Shown: positions 27,896 to 38,503, counted from the stretch's first letter. The stretch: 64,000 nt of DNA from Candidatus Eiseniibacteriota bacterium (GCA_963702435.1 CAVPCR010000001.1:1024001-1088000); one strand, 5' to 3'. Program-made: numbers and translations. Notes: generated by a model from the letters alone, not told the origin.

Positions 27896-29194
27896 GTGCA
27901 AGGCCTCACCGATCCGCTCCTCGCCCTCCGGCACCGGAACTTCCGTCTGCTCTGGTCGTCCCAGTTCGTCTCCTTCTCCGGCTCGATGATGCAGACGGCC
28001 GCCATCCTGTGGCACGTCTCGCTGCTCGTCCCGCCGGAGAAGAAGGGGATCGCGCTCGGCATGGTGGGGCTCGTCCGCGTGCTCCCGATCATCGCCTTCT
28101 CGCTCATCGGCGGCGTGGTCGCCGACGCGCATGACCGGCGCCGCCTCATGCTGGTGACCCAGAGCGCCATGGCGCTGGCCGCGGCGGTCCTCGCCGCGAT
28201 CACCTTCAGCGGGCAGGCGAGCGTGTGGCTCATCTATCTCTTCGCCGCCATCGGTTCGGCGGCCGGTTCCTTCGACGGCCCGGCCCGCCAGTCGCTGACC
28301 CCGAACCTGGTGCCGCGGGAGCATCTCCCGAACGCGCTCAGCCTCAATGCGATCATGTTCCAGGTGGCTGCGGTCCTCGGTCCTTCCCTGGCCGGCATCG
28401 TCATCGCGACCCTCGGCATCGGCTGGGTCTACGCGCTGAACGCGGTCTCGTTCCTCGCCGTGATCGCGGCTCTCCTCCGCATGCGCGACCTTCCGGTGCG
28501 AACGGCCGGCGAACGCGGGGAGCTGAGCCTCGGCGCGGCGCTCGAAGGCCTCCGCTTCGTCTTCGCGGCGCCTCTCATCCGCTCCACGATGCTCCTCGAC
28601 TTCTTCGCCACCTTCTTCGCCTCGGCCACCGCTCTCCTCCCGATCTACGCCCAGGACATCCTCAACGTCGGACCGCAGGGCTACGGCTGGCTCTACGCCG
28701 CGCCCTCGATCGGCGCGGTCGCGACCGGAGCGATCATGGTGCGTCTCGTCGATCGGATCGACCGGCGCGGGCCCGTGCTCCTGTGGTCGGTGGTCGGCTT
28801 CGGCCTCGCCACCATCGCCTTCGGCCTCTCGCGCTCCTTTCTCCTCACCTTCTTCTGCCTCGCGCTCACCGGCGCCACCGACACGGTGAGCATGGTGCTC
28901 CGGAACATCATCCGCCAGCTCGCGACACCCGACCGCCTGCGCGGCCGGATGACGAGCGTCAACATGATCTTCTTCATGGGCGGCCCGCAGCTCGGCGAGC
29001 TCGAGGCGGGTCTCGTCGCACAGGGGTTCGGCGCGCCGTTCTCGGTGGTGAGCGGCGGCATCGGCTGCCTCCTCGCCACCGGCTGGATCGCGTGGAAAAC
29101 CCCGGCTATCCGCCATTATCGGCGAGAGGAGCTGACCGCCGAGCCTGGACCGAAGACAGAGGCGCCGGCAACCGTGGAGGCGGGCGCAGGATGA
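27896..29194 (+). CDS. MFS transporter (EntS/DUF894-like)
   Basis: LRHRNFRLLW, GGVVADAHDRRRL, QLATPDRLRGR; about 12 hydrophobic segments. Confidence 0.9.
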   Translation: MQGLTDPLLALRHRNFRLLWSSQFVSFSGSMMQTAAILWHVSLLVPPEKKGIALGMVGLVRVLPIIAFSLIGGVVADAHDRRRLMLVTQSAMALAAAVLAAITFSGQASVWLIYLFAAIGSAAGSFDGPARQSLTPNLVPREHLPNALSLNAIMFQVAAVLGPSLAGIVIATLGIGWVYALNAVSFLAVIAALLRMRDLPVRTAGERGELSLGAALEGLRFVFAAPLIRSTMLLDFFATFFASATALLPIYAQDILNVGPQGYGWLYAAPSIGAVATGAIMVRLVDRIDRRGPVLLWSVVGFGLATIAFGLSRSFLLTFFCLALTGATDTVSMVLRNIIRQLATPDRLRGRMTSVNMIFFMGGPQLGELEAGLVAQGFGAPFSVVSGGIGCLLATGWIAWKTPAIRHYRREELTAEPGPKTEAPATVEAGAG

Positions 29195-31187
29195 GACGAG
29201 CGCGGCGGATCCAGCCGGAAGAACCGCCGCACCGGACCGCGCGGGCGCGTCCGGGCCTGCCGTTCACGCGCGCCGATACGATCGCGATCCTCGTGCTGGT
29301 CGCCCTCGGCGCCGCCGCCTTCTGGCCGGTCCTCGGCTATCCGTTCCTCAACTGGGACGACCACGCCTATGTGAGCGAGAACCCGTGGATCCGCTCGCTC
29401 GCGCCCGCCGCGGTGGCGAGGATCTTCTCGCCGGCGGCGATCGTCGTCGCCAACTGGGCGCCGGTGACCCTCCTCTCCTACGCGCTCGATCACGCGATCG
29501 GCGGACTGGATCCGCGCGTCTACCACCGCACCAACCTTCTCCTGCACCTCACGAGCGGCGTCCTCGTCTACTTCCTCTGCCGCGGCGTCCTCGGCCGGCG
29601 GAGCGCGGCCTGGGCCGGCGCGCTCCTCTTTCTCGTGCATCCGATCCAGGTCGAATCGGTAGCCTGGGTGGCCGAGCGGAAGAACGTGCTCTCGCTGGCG
29701 CTGGCCCTTGGCGCATTCCTGATCGCGCGCGGTGCGGGCAGCGTTCGCACGGCGACGGGCGCGGGCGGCGTTCGCGGGGCGACCGGCGCGGGCGGCGTTC
29801 GCGGTGCTCCGGCGACGCGCCGCCATGCCGCGGCCCTCGTCCTGTTCGCCGCCGCGCTCCTCGCCAAGGCGACGGTCGTCGTCCTGCCGCTCCTCCTCGT
29901 CGCCGCCTGGATGCTCCTCGACGGCGAGACCCTCGGGCGCGCGCTCCGGCGCGCCGGGCCGTACTTCGCGCTCGCGCTCGCCGCGGGCCTCATCACGCTC
30001 GCCGCGCAGCACGGCGCCGGCGGTATCAAGACGCTCTACGGCGGAAGCTTCGCGCTCAACCTGGCCACGCAGGCTCGCGTCTTCTGGCTCGGCCTCGGCC
30101 TCTTCCTCGACCCGCGCCACCTCTCGGCGATCTACGACCCGCCGGTCGCGCGCTCGCTCCTCGCGCCGACCGTGCTCCTCGCCGTGCTGGCCTCGCCGCG
30201 CTCATCGTGCTCCTCGTTCGCGCGCGCCGCCGGGCACCGCGCGCCGCGTTCTTTGCCGCCTGGTACCTGATCGGCCTCCTCCCGGTCGCGAACCTGGTGC
30301 CGCTCCCGCATCTCCTCGCCGACCGTTTCCTCTACGTGAGCTCGATCGGCGTGATGGGGCTCGCCGCGCTCGCCCTCCTGGCGCTCGCCCGGCGCTTCGC
30401 GCGGGCGGAACGGGCGCCGATCGCCCTCGCCACCGCCGGCGCGCTCCTCGGCGCCGGTCTCATCGCCGCGACGCGGGCGCAGCTTCCGGTGTGGAGCGAC
30501 TCGGAGCGGCTGTGGCGCGACACGCTGGGCCACGCGCCGGATGCCGCCGTCGCCCATGGCAACCTGGGCGAGGTGCTGGCGAGCCGCGGCGCCGATGCGG
30601 AGGCGCTCGCGCACTACCGGCGGGCGCTCGAGCTCCGGCCGGACTACCAGGAAGCGCGGGTCAACATGGCGAACGCGCTCGCGCGGCTCGGGCGGACGGC
30701 GGAGGCCGAATCGCTCTACGCAACCGCACTCGGCGGGGTCCGATCGGATGCGGAGACCCACGTGAACCTCGGCATCGTCAAGCGGCAGGCGGGGGATCGC
30801 GCCGGAGCGCGCACCGCGTTCGAGGCGGCGCTGGCCGCCGACGCGCGCTCGGCGCGCGCGCTGAACCAGCTGGCGGTGCTCGCCGCCGAGGATGGCGATC
30901 AGGAAGGAGCGCTCGCCTACTTCGACCGCGCGATCGCCGTCGATCCGGACAACGCCGAGGCGTACTCGAACCGCGCGCTCATCCTCGGCCGCCTCGGGCG
31001 GCCCGCCGAGGCGCGGGCCTCGGTCGAGCGGGCGATCGCGCTCCGGCCGGACTACGCCCAGGCCCACTTCAACCTGGGCATCGCGCTCCTCGCCGCCGGG
31101 GATGTGGAAGGAGCACGGCGGGCGTTCGCCCGCGCAGTCTCCCTCGATCCGGCCCTCGCCGAGCGCGTGCCGCCGCCCGCGCGCTGA
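29191..31187 (+). CDS. TMTC-like GT-C membrane protein with TPR repeats (frameshifted near 30189)
   Basis: FLNWDDHAYVSENP, YHRTNLLLH, HPIQVESVAWVAERK, KAT, ADRFLY, W...E.LW, then TPRs; halves lie in two frames and adding one G at CTGG/CCTC restores them. Confidence 0.8.
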
Positions 31188-31223
31188 CGGCGCACCGCCG
31201 GCAGCCGGGCCGCCAGCGTCCGC

Positions 31224-33770
31224 TCACTTCATGAGCAACATCTTGCGCACATCCGTGAAAGTTTCCGCGGCGAGGCGGTAGAAGTACACACCGGAGGGAG
31301 CGCCGAACCCGCGCCCGTCGCGCCCGTCCCAGGCGATCGCATGATCCCCCGGCTCCGCGCGCCCGTCGAGGAGCCGCCGCACGAGATGCCCGCCCACGTC
31401 GTACACCTCGAGCGTCACCTGGCGCGGCTCCTTGAGCTGGAAGGTGATGACGGTCGCCGGGTTGAAGGGGTTCGGCGTGTTCTGACGGAGGAGGACCGGG
31501 GCCAGCTCGGGGGCTCCCTGCCCGATCCCTTGCGTCGCCATCACCCGCACGTCGTCGATCGCCGCCTCGATGAGGCTCGGGCTCACGGTCTCGGCGACGA
31601 CGAAGCGGATGCGAAGAGAGCCGCCGAGCGTGACGAGGCTCCCGAGGTCCACGCTCAGGGCCTGCCACCCCGGCGCCGGCACGCGCAGCGATTCGACGAC
31701 GCGCCACGTCGCGCCGTCGTCGGTCGAACCCTCGACCAGGAACGGATCCTGCATGCGGCTGCCGGCGAGGTCGTTCACGTACCAGAGCATGAAATCGAGG
31801 CGCGCCGCAGTGGCGGCGCCGAGCTCGATCGCCGGCGAGGTGAGGGTCGTCCGCCCGTCCACCTCGTGCTCGGCGGACGGCGCACCGGGGGCGCCGAGCT
31901 CGGTCAGGAAGCAGAAGCCGGGACCGTTCGCGGTGGTGTCGGCGTTCGGCTGCGCGAGACGGCCGGCGATGAGGATCGAGTCGGGCACCGCGGCGTGCGG
32001 CACGGCGCGCTCCCAGACGCCGCGCTGACCGAGGTCACCGGGCGCGCCCACCGTGAACCCCCCGGCATCGGTCTCGAAGTTGGCCGCGAAGACCGGAGTC
32101 CACGGCACCGGACTCACGTCGTAGCTCCAGAGGTACGCGGGCGCCTCGGTGGGAGCGAAGGCCGCCGCCCCGGCCTCGTCCGCCGCCTCGATGAAGTACT
32201 GGACGAGCGTCCCCGGGAGCTGCGCCGGGACGATCCCCGCGTACTCCTCGCGCGCCGGATTGCTCGGAATCATCTCGACGGACCGGAACCCGCCGGCCCC
32301 GCCTGATCGGTAGTGGAGGGTGACCGCCTGGACCGGAGCGTCGTGCGCGCGCACGCGAGCGGCCACCCGGAGCCGGCCGTCGGCGAGCGGCTCCGGTACC
32401 GCGGGCGCCGCGGCGAACGCGGGCGGGCCGGGCAGCGGATCCAGGGTCACGTCCTCCGCAGTCGTCGTCCGGGCGCTGACCGTGACGGTGAAGGTCTCCT
32501 CGTGGAAGTCCGGATGCCGGACCCGCACCGTGTGCTGGCCGGGGAAGAGCGCGGCCTGGTAGTACCCGGTGCGATCGCTCACCACGCGCACTCCGGCCTC
32601 GATGAAGACGAGCTCCGCCCCTTCGAGTCGGGCGTCCCGACCGCCGTGGATGCGCACGAATCCGCGCGCGATACCGTCGTTCGCATCCTGGAAGCGGAGC
32701 ACGTAGAGCCCCTGTTCCATGTCGGAGGCGTAGACGAGCCCGGAGGGCGCGTACGGGTAGACCCCCCAGCACCCTTCGAAGCGCGGGCCCTCGAAGCGGC
32801 TCGTGTCGAAGCGCCCCACCTCGATCGGCACCCGCGGATTCGCGATGTCTATGACCCGCACGCCGGCCGTGTAGTAGGAGATGTAGGCGAGGGGCCCCTT
32901 CACGTGCACGTTGTGGATGACCGCCGTCCGCTCGGTCTGGTACTCGCCGACCGGAGTGATGTACCGGCTGTCGAACTCCCAGGTCAGCAGGTGGCCCACC
33001 GGGGTGATCCGCTCGTCGGTCGTGAAGAAATGGCGCCCGTCGAGCGCCGGCCATGCGTTGTGCGTGGCCTGCTGGGGATAGACGATGCGCTGGATCTGCC
33101 GCGGATAGTCCTTGTCCCGCACATCGAGGATGTAGAGCCCCGCGTTGAACCACGATGCGTAGCAGGTGTCGTTCCGCACGTAGACGTCGTGGCAGGCGAT
33201 GAGGCCCCCCTGCTCGATATGCTGGAAGTACCCGCGCTCGACCGGGCGGAGCGGGTCGGCAAGGTCGAGGATCCGGAGATCCGAGTTGCCGGCGCCCATG
33301 AGCGCGACATAGGCGAAGCCGTCGTCCGAGCACCAGATGTTGTGCGAGCCGGGGATCTGGGGCGAGGAGTAGGTGGCGGCCGTATAGGCGTTGTAGGGAT
33401 CGGAGAGATCCACGATCTGGATCGGCCCGCGCTGGTTCACGCAGTAGGCGTACTGGCGGTAGGTCTTGACCTCCTTCAGATCGAAGCCGACCGAAGGGAC
33501 CGTCGTCGCCACCACCGGGTGCACCGGATCGGTGACGTCGATCACCTGGAGCGATGCGGCGTCGGTGACGAGCGCGTACTGGCCGCCGGCGTCCGAGTAG
33601 CCCCAGATCCCCTTCGCGCGGGAGGCGATGTGCGCTGCCTCCGGCGTCACCTCCTCCATCCGGTACGGCAGATCGGCGGAGAACACCGGACGCGCGACGG
33701 CGAGGCAGAGGGCAAGGCAGAAGTAGAGCAGGACGGCGCGCCGGGGGCGAGCCGGACCGGATCGCTTCAT
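31224..33770 (-). CDS. secreted LVIVD-repeat (choice-of-anchor B-like) protein with carboxypeptidase-regulatory-like domain and FlgD-Ig CTD
   Basis: IWGY, QVIDVTDP, IVDLSDP, HNIW, HDVYV, HNAW, TTDE, HNVHV, GCWGVYPY; CTD QNTPNPFNP. Confidence 0.85.
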   Translation of the reverse strand: MKRSGPARPRRAVLLYFCLALCLAVARPVFSADLPYRMEEVTPEAAHIASRAKGIWGYSDAGGQYALVTDAASLQVIDVTDPVHPVVATTVPSVGFDLKEVKTYRQYAYCVNQRGPIQIVDLSDPYNAYTAATYSSPQIPGSHNIWCSDDGFAYVALMGAGNSDLRILDLADPLRPVERGYFQHIEQGGLIACHDVYVRNDTCYASWFNAGLYILDVRDKDYPRQIQRIVYPQQATHNAWPALDGRHFFTTDERITPVGHLLTWEFDSRYITPVGEYQTERTAVIHNVHVKGPLAYISYYTAGVRVIDIANPRVPIEVGRFDTSRFEGPRFEGCWGVYPYAPSGLVYASDMEQGLYVLRFQDANDGIARGFVRIHGGRDARLEGAELVFIEAGVRVVSDRTGYYQAALFPGQHTVRVRHPDFHEETFTVTVSARTTTAEDVTLDPLPGPPAFAAAPAVPEPLADGRLRVAARVRAHDAPVQAVTLHYRSGGAGGFRSVEMIPSNPAREEYAGIVPAQLPGTLVQYFIEAADEAGAAAFAPTEAPAYLWSYDVSPVPWTPVFAANFETDAGGFTVGAPGDLGQRGVWERAVPHAAVPDSILIAGRLAQPNADTTANGPGFCFLTELGAPGAPSAEHEVDGRTTLTSPAIELGAATAARLDFMLWYVNDLAGSRMQDPFLVEGSTDDGATWRVVESLRVPAPGWQALSVDLGSLVTLGGSLRIRFVVAETVSPSLIEAAIDDVRVMATQGIGQGAPELAPVLLRQNTPNPFNPATVITFQLKEPRQVTLEVYDVGGHLVRRLLDGRAEPGDHAIAWDGRDGRGFGAPSGVYFYRLAAETFTDVRKMLLMK

Positions 33771-34091
33771 GGAGGCGACAACCTCTCGTGGGCGCTGACA
33801 GGGACGACGGACGGTGGGGGGAACGGGCGCTCCGGTCGTGCCGGACCGGCTCCCGCCAGTATGGCAAAGGCCCGCCCCGGCGGCAAGGCCCGTCCCCGCC
33901 GGGCCATGCCGCAATATACTGCGCATGTCCGCGACATTCTCAATCGGGGGCAACGGCCCGGACTCGCCGGCCGGGCCGGCCGGGACCGGGACCACGCGCC
34001 GCATCCATCGCCCTAACGGAAAGCGCGCCCCGAGTTTCGCCGACCGCCGCGGACCGCCGCCCAAGAGGTCCATGCTAGGATGGTGGCATTC

Positions 34092-34175
34092 GCCGCGGGC
34101 CCCCCCGCCGCGGGCCCCCTGCTGCGGGCCCCCCCGCCGCGGGCCCCTGCTGCGGGCCCCCCCGCCGCGGGCCCC
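34092..34175. repeat. tandem array of six 13-15 bp GC(C/T)GCGGGCCCC(n) units
   Basis: Seen directly; lies between an extended -10 (TGCTAGGAT, 34073-34081) and the RBS of the oxidoreductase. Confidence 0.85.
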
Positions 34176-34198
34176 GCCCCCCGTCCCGGAGGAAGAAG

Positions 34199-36136
34199 GT
34201 GAAGGAACTCCGCCGCACGACCTGCAATCGCGACTGCCCCGACGCCTGCGGCATCGTCGCCACCGTCGAGGACGGGCGCGTGACCCGCCTCCAGGGGGAG
34301 AAGGACCATCCGATCACCCGCGGCTTCCTCTGCTACCGCACGAGCCGCTTCCTCGATCGCCAGTACTCCCCGGACCGTCTCACGACACCGCTCTACCGCC
34401 GCCGCGTGACGGACGACTTCAGTCCGATCGGCTGGGATGAGGCGCTCGACGTCGCCGCCGAGCGGCTCACCGCGATCCGCCGCGAGTCGGGGCCGGCGGC
34501 CGTCTTTCACTACCGGAGCGGCGGCTCGCTCGGGCTCTTGAAGCACCTCTGCGATCACTTCTTCGAGCAGTTCGGCCCGGTCACGGTGAAGCGCGGCGAC
34601 ATCTGCGCCGGCGCGGGCGGCGCCGCCCAGATGCTCGACTTCGGCGACGAGGACTCGAACGACCTCTTCGATCTCCTCTCGGCGCGCCACATCGTCCTCT
34701 GGGGCAAGAACGTCTACACCTCGAGCCCGCACCTGATCCCGCTCCTCAGGGAGGCGCAGGCCGGCGGCGCGGAGATCGTGCTCATCGACCCCGTGCATCA
34801 CAGGACGGCGGCGATCGCCGACCTCACGATCCAGAACCGGCCGGCGAGCGACTTCGCGCTGGCGATGGCGGTCGCGCAGGTCCTCTTCGCGCGCGGCTGG
34901 GTCGACCCCGGCGCCGCCGCGTACTGCGACCACCTGGATGACTTCCGGGCGCTCGCCGCGCAGCGCCCGCTCGCCGCGTGGTGCGCGGAGGCCGACGTCG
35001 AGCCGGCGAGGGCGGAGGATCTCGCGCGCCGCCTGGGACCGGAGAAGCCGGCCGCGATCCTCGTCGGCTGGGGGCTCGGCCGGCGCGCGAACGGCGCCGC
35101 CACGGTGCGGGCCCTCGACGCGCTGGCTGCGGTGAGCGGCAACCTGGGGATCCCCGGCGGCGGCGTCTCCTTCTACTACAAGCGGCGCGGCGCCTTCGAT
35201 GTCTCGTTCGTTCGCGGCAAGGCGGCCGCGCCGCGCACGGTGTGCGAGCCGCTGTTCGGTCCCGAGCTTCTCGCGCTCGCCGATCCGCCGGTCCGCGCCG
35301 TGTGGGTGACCGCCGCCAACCCGGTCACGATGCTCCCCGAATCGGAAACCACCGCGGCCGCGCTCCGCTCGCGCGACTTCGTGGTGGTCGTCGACTCCTT
35401 CATGACCGACACCGCCGAGTGCGCCCACCTCGTGCTGCCGACGACCACGCTCCTCGAGGACGACGACCTTCTCGGCTCCTACGGCCACCACTGGCTCGGC
35501 GCGTCGCGGCCCGTGGTGGCGCCGCCGGCCGGCGTGAAGAGCGACCTCGAGATCATGCAGGGGCTCGCCGCCCGGGTCGGCCTCGGCCCGGCCCTCGCCG
35601 GCAGCGCGCGCGAGTGGAAGGAGCGGCTCCTCGCCCCGAAGATGGGGCCGCACGGCATCACCGCCGAGGATCTCGAGGCGCGCGCGGTGCGGAACCCGCT
35701 CGCGCCGCCCATCCTCTTCGCCGACCGCCGCTTCACCACACCGACGGGACGCGTGAATCTCATCACGAGCGAGCCGGCGAGCGCCACACCCGCCGCCGGG
35801 TACCCCCTCCTGCTCATGTCCATCTCGACCGACCGCGCCCAGTCCTCGCAATGGGCGGTCGAGGCGGCCGGTCCGGCCGTGGCGACCGTGCACCCGGATG
35901 CAGCCGGCGGGCTCGCCGCTGGGGCCCTCGCCCGGCTCGAATCCCCCATCTCGTCCCTCGTCGTGCGCATCGCCCACGACCCCACCCAGCGGCGGGACGT
36001 CGTCCTCGTGCCCAAGGGCGGGCACCGGAAGGACGGTCGCTGCGCCAACTCGCTCGTCCGGGCGCGCACGACCGATCTCGGCGAGGGCGGGGCCCTCTAT
36101 GACGAGCGGGTGCGGCTCGTCCCGCTCGCGGAGTGA
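34199..36136 (+). CDS. molybdopterin-dependent oxidoreductase (DMSO reductase superfamily) with N-terminal 4Fe-4S motif
   Basis: TCNRDCPDACG, HPITRGFLC, RLTTPL, WDEALD, LWGKN, DSFMTDTAE.AHLVLPTTT. Confidence 0.9.
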   Translation: MKELRRTTCNRDCPDACGIVATVEDGRVTRLQGEKDHPITRGFLCYRTSRFLDRQYSPDRLTTPLYRRRVTDDFSPIGWDEALDVAAERLTAIRRESGPAAVFHYRSGGSLGLLKHLCDHFFEQFGPVTVKRGDICAGAGGAAQMLDFGDEDSNDLFDLLSARHIVLWGKNVYTSSPHLIPLLREAQAGGAEIVLIDPVHHRTAAIADLTIQNRPASDFALAMAVAQVLFARGWVDPGAAAYCDHLDDFRALAAQRPLAAWCAEADVEPARAEDLARRLGPEKPAAILVGWGLGRRANGAATVRALDALAAVSGNLGIPGGGVSFYYKRRGAFDVSFVRGKAAAPRTVCEPLFGPELLALADPPVRAVWVTAANPVTMLPESETTAAALRSRDFVVVVDSFMTDTAECAHLVLPTTTLLEDDDLLGSYGHHWLGASRPVVAPPAGVKSDLEIMQGLAARVGLGPALAGSAREWKERLLAPKMGPHGITAEDLEARAVRNPLAPPILFADRRFTTPTGRVNLITSEPASATPAAGYPLLLMSISTDRAQSSQWAVEAAGPAVATVHPDAAGGLAAGALARLESPISSLVVRIAHDPTQRRDVVLVPKGGHRKDGRCANSLVRARTTDLGEGGALYDERVRLVPLAE

Positions 36137-36219
36137 CCGCGGGGACATCGCGGACGCCCGGCCGGCCCACCCCGAACTTCCGGTTCCCAACCGGGCCCGC
36201 ATTGTGTAAAAGAGGAACG

Positions 36220-37653
36220 ATGCACGACGCGCTCGACCAGCTCTTTCGCGGACGCTACGGCGCGCCTGTCGAGTCCTTCACCCTCTTGAAGGGCGACGGC
36301 TCGGGCCGCAAGTACTGGCGTCTCGCCGGCGGCGGTCACGCTGCGATCGGGGTCTACGGGCCCGATGCGGCCGAGAACCGCGCGTTCCTCGAGTTCTCCC
36401 GCCACTTCCGGCGGGCCGGCCTCCCGGTGCCCGAGATCTATGCCGAGAACCCCGCCCTCGGCCTCTACCTGCAGGAAGACCTCGGCGATCTCACGCTGTT
36501 CGCCTTCCTGGCCGAGACGCGGACGCCGGGCGAGTTTCCGACGTCCGCGATCGCGCTCTACCAGAAGGTGGTCACGACGCTGCCGCGCTTCCAGATCGAG
36601 GCCGGGCGCTCGCTCAACTACGAGGTCTGCTATCCGCGGGCGAGCTTCGATCAGCGCTCGATCCTGTGGGACCTGAACTACTTCAAGTACTACTTCCTGC
36701 GCCTGGCCGGCATCGCGTTCAACGAGCAGGAGCTGGAAGACGATTTCCAGCGGTTCACCGCCTTCCTGCTCGAGGCCGGTCAAGATTACTTCCTGTACCG
36801 CGATTTCCAGTCGCGGAACATCATGCTGCGCGGCGGCGAGCCCTGGTTCATCGACTACCAGGGCGGCCGGCGCGGACCACTCCAGTACGACATCGCCTCC
36901 CTGCTCTACGACGCCAAGGCCGACATCCCGGTCCCCGTGCGCGAGCGACTGCTCGACGCCTACCTCGACGCGGCCGCAGCCATCGCTCCCCTCTCGCGGG
37001 AGCGCTTCCTCCACTACTATCCCGGCTACATCCTCGTCCGCATCATGCAGGCGTTCGGCGCCTACGGACTCCGCGGCTTCTACGAGCGGAAGACGCACTT
37101 CTTGCAGAGCATCCCGTACGCGATCCAGAACCTCGAGCACCTGCTCGCCACGATCGAGCTTCCGATCAAGATCCCCGCCCTCCTCGGCGTCTTCCACACC
37201 ATGGTCGCGGTACCGCGCCTCCGCCAGATCGGCCAGCCGGAAACCCAGCTCACGGTCCGCGTCCAGAGCTTCTCCTACAAGAGCGGGCTGCCGCCGGACG
37301 ACTCGGGGCACGGCGGCGGGTTCGTCTTCGACTGCCGGGCGCTCCCCAACCCGGGCCGCCACGAGCGGTATGCGGCGCTCACCGGGAAGGACCGTCCGGT
37401 CATCGAGTTCCTCAAGGAGGACGCCGCGGTCCGCGAGTTCCTCCGGCACGCCGTCGCGCTCGTGGACCAGATCGTCGCCAGCTACCGGGCCCGCAACTTC
37501 ACCGACATCCAGGTCGCCTTCGGGTGCACGGGCGGGCGCCACCGCTCGGTGTACTGCGCCGAGCAGATCGCCGACCACCTGCGCCTGCACCACAGCGTGC
37601 GGGTCAGGCTGAATCACCTCGCGCTCGAGTCCGCGCTGGTCGCGGCGCAGTGA
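36220..37653 (+). CDS. AmgK-like sugar phosphotransferase fused to a RapZ C-terminal domain
   Basis: GDGSGRKYWRL, QEDLGD, YRDFQSRNIM, IDYQG, YDIASLL; SFSYKSG, VFDCRALPNP, FGCTGGRHRSV. Confidence 0.88.
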   Translation: MHDALDQLFRGRYGAPVESFTLLKGDGSGRKYWRLAGGGHAAIGVYGPDAAENRAFLEFSRHFRRAGLPVPEIYAENPALGLYLQEDLGDLTLFAFLAETRTPGEFPTSAIALYQKVVTTLPRFQIEAGRSLNYEVCYPRASFDQRSILWDLNYFKYYFLRLAGIAFNEQELEDDFQRFTAFLLEAGQDYFLYRDFQSRNIMLRGGEPWFIDYQGGRRGPLQYDIASLLYDAKADIPVPVRERLLDAYLDAAAAIAPLSRERFLHYYPGYILVRIMQAFGAYGLRGFYERKTHFLQSIPYAIQNLEHLLATIELPIKIPALLGVFHTMVAVPRLRQIGQPETQLTVRVQSFSYKSGLPPDDSGHGGGFVFDCRALPNPGRHERYAALTGKDRPVIEFLKEDAAVREFLRHAVALVDQIVASYRARNFTDIQVAFGCTGGRHRSVYCAEQIADHLRLHHSVRVRLNHLALESALVAAQ

Positions 37654-37663
37654 CCATCCGGCG

Positions 37664-38404
37664 ATGAAGGCCATGGTGCTGGCGGCAGGCGTCGGCAGCC
37701 GCCTCAAGCCGCTCACCGACCAGGTCCCGAAGGCGCTCCTCGAGATCGGCGGCCGGCCCCTGATCGAGATCGTCCTCCGCCGGCTCGCCGCCGCCGGCGT
37801 GGATCGCGTCATCGTCAACGTGTTCCATCACGCCGCGCAGATGGAACGAGCCCTCGCCCGCTGGTCGCGGCCGGGCTTCCGGATCGAGATCTCCCGCGAG
37901 GAGGAACTCCTCGACACGGGCGGCGGCCTCAAGCGGGCGGCGCCCTTCCTGGCCGGGCGCGAGCCCTTCTTCCTGCACAACGCCGACATCGTGAGCGGCG
38001 TCGATCTCGCGCGGCTCTACGCGGCGCACGGTGAGAGCGGCGCCCTCGCCACCCTGTCGGTGCGGAAGCGACCCGGCGACCGGCAGCTTCTCTTCGATGA
38101 GCAGGGTCTCCTCTCGGGCTGGGAGAACGCGGCGACCGGAGAGCGCGTGGTGACCGGGACGGCCGGCGATCCCGCGGGATCGCCCTACGGATTCGACGGC
38201 ATCCAGGTCGTGTCCCCGGACATCTTCGCCCTGCTGGAGGAGGAGGGCGCCTTCTCGCTGACGCGGGCCTACCTCCGGCTGGCGACGGCGGGCGCGCGCA
38301 TCGTGGCCTTCGACGCCGGCGCGTACTACTGGGCCGATGCCGGGACCGAGGCCAAGATCGAGGCCATCGAGCGGCACATCGAGACGCGGGGCTGGCCGGG
38401 GTGA
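37664..38404 (+). CDS. murU: MurU-like sugar-1-phosphate nucleotidyltransferase
   Basis: AMVLAAGVGSRLKPLT..PKAL, LLDTGGGL, HNADI; directly downstream of the AmgK-like gene. Confidence 0.75.
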   Translation: MKAMVLAAGVGSRLKPLTDQVPKALLEIGGRPLIEIVLRRLAAAGVDRVIVNVFHHAAQMERALARWSRPGFRIEISREEELLDTGGGLKRAAPFLAGREPFFLHNADIVSGVDLARLYAAHGESGALATLSVRKRPGDRQLLFDEQGLLSGWENAATGERVVTGTAGDPAGSPYGFDGIQVVSPDIFALLEEEGAFSLTRAYLRLATAGARIVAFDAGAYYWADAGTEAKIEAIERHIETRGWPG

Positions 38405-38474
38405 TGCCCCGCGGAGGGGACCCTTCCAACCCGCGAGGGCCCGCCGGCGGCTACTCCGGCCGGCCGGGGGTGGC

Positions 38475-38503
38475 TTGACACCTCCTTGACGCTCTCCTAG
38501 CAT
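38475..38503 (+). promoter_or_regulatory. sigma70-type promoter
   Basis: TTGACA (38475-38480), 17-bp spacer, TAGCAT (38498-38503). Confidence 0.6.
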
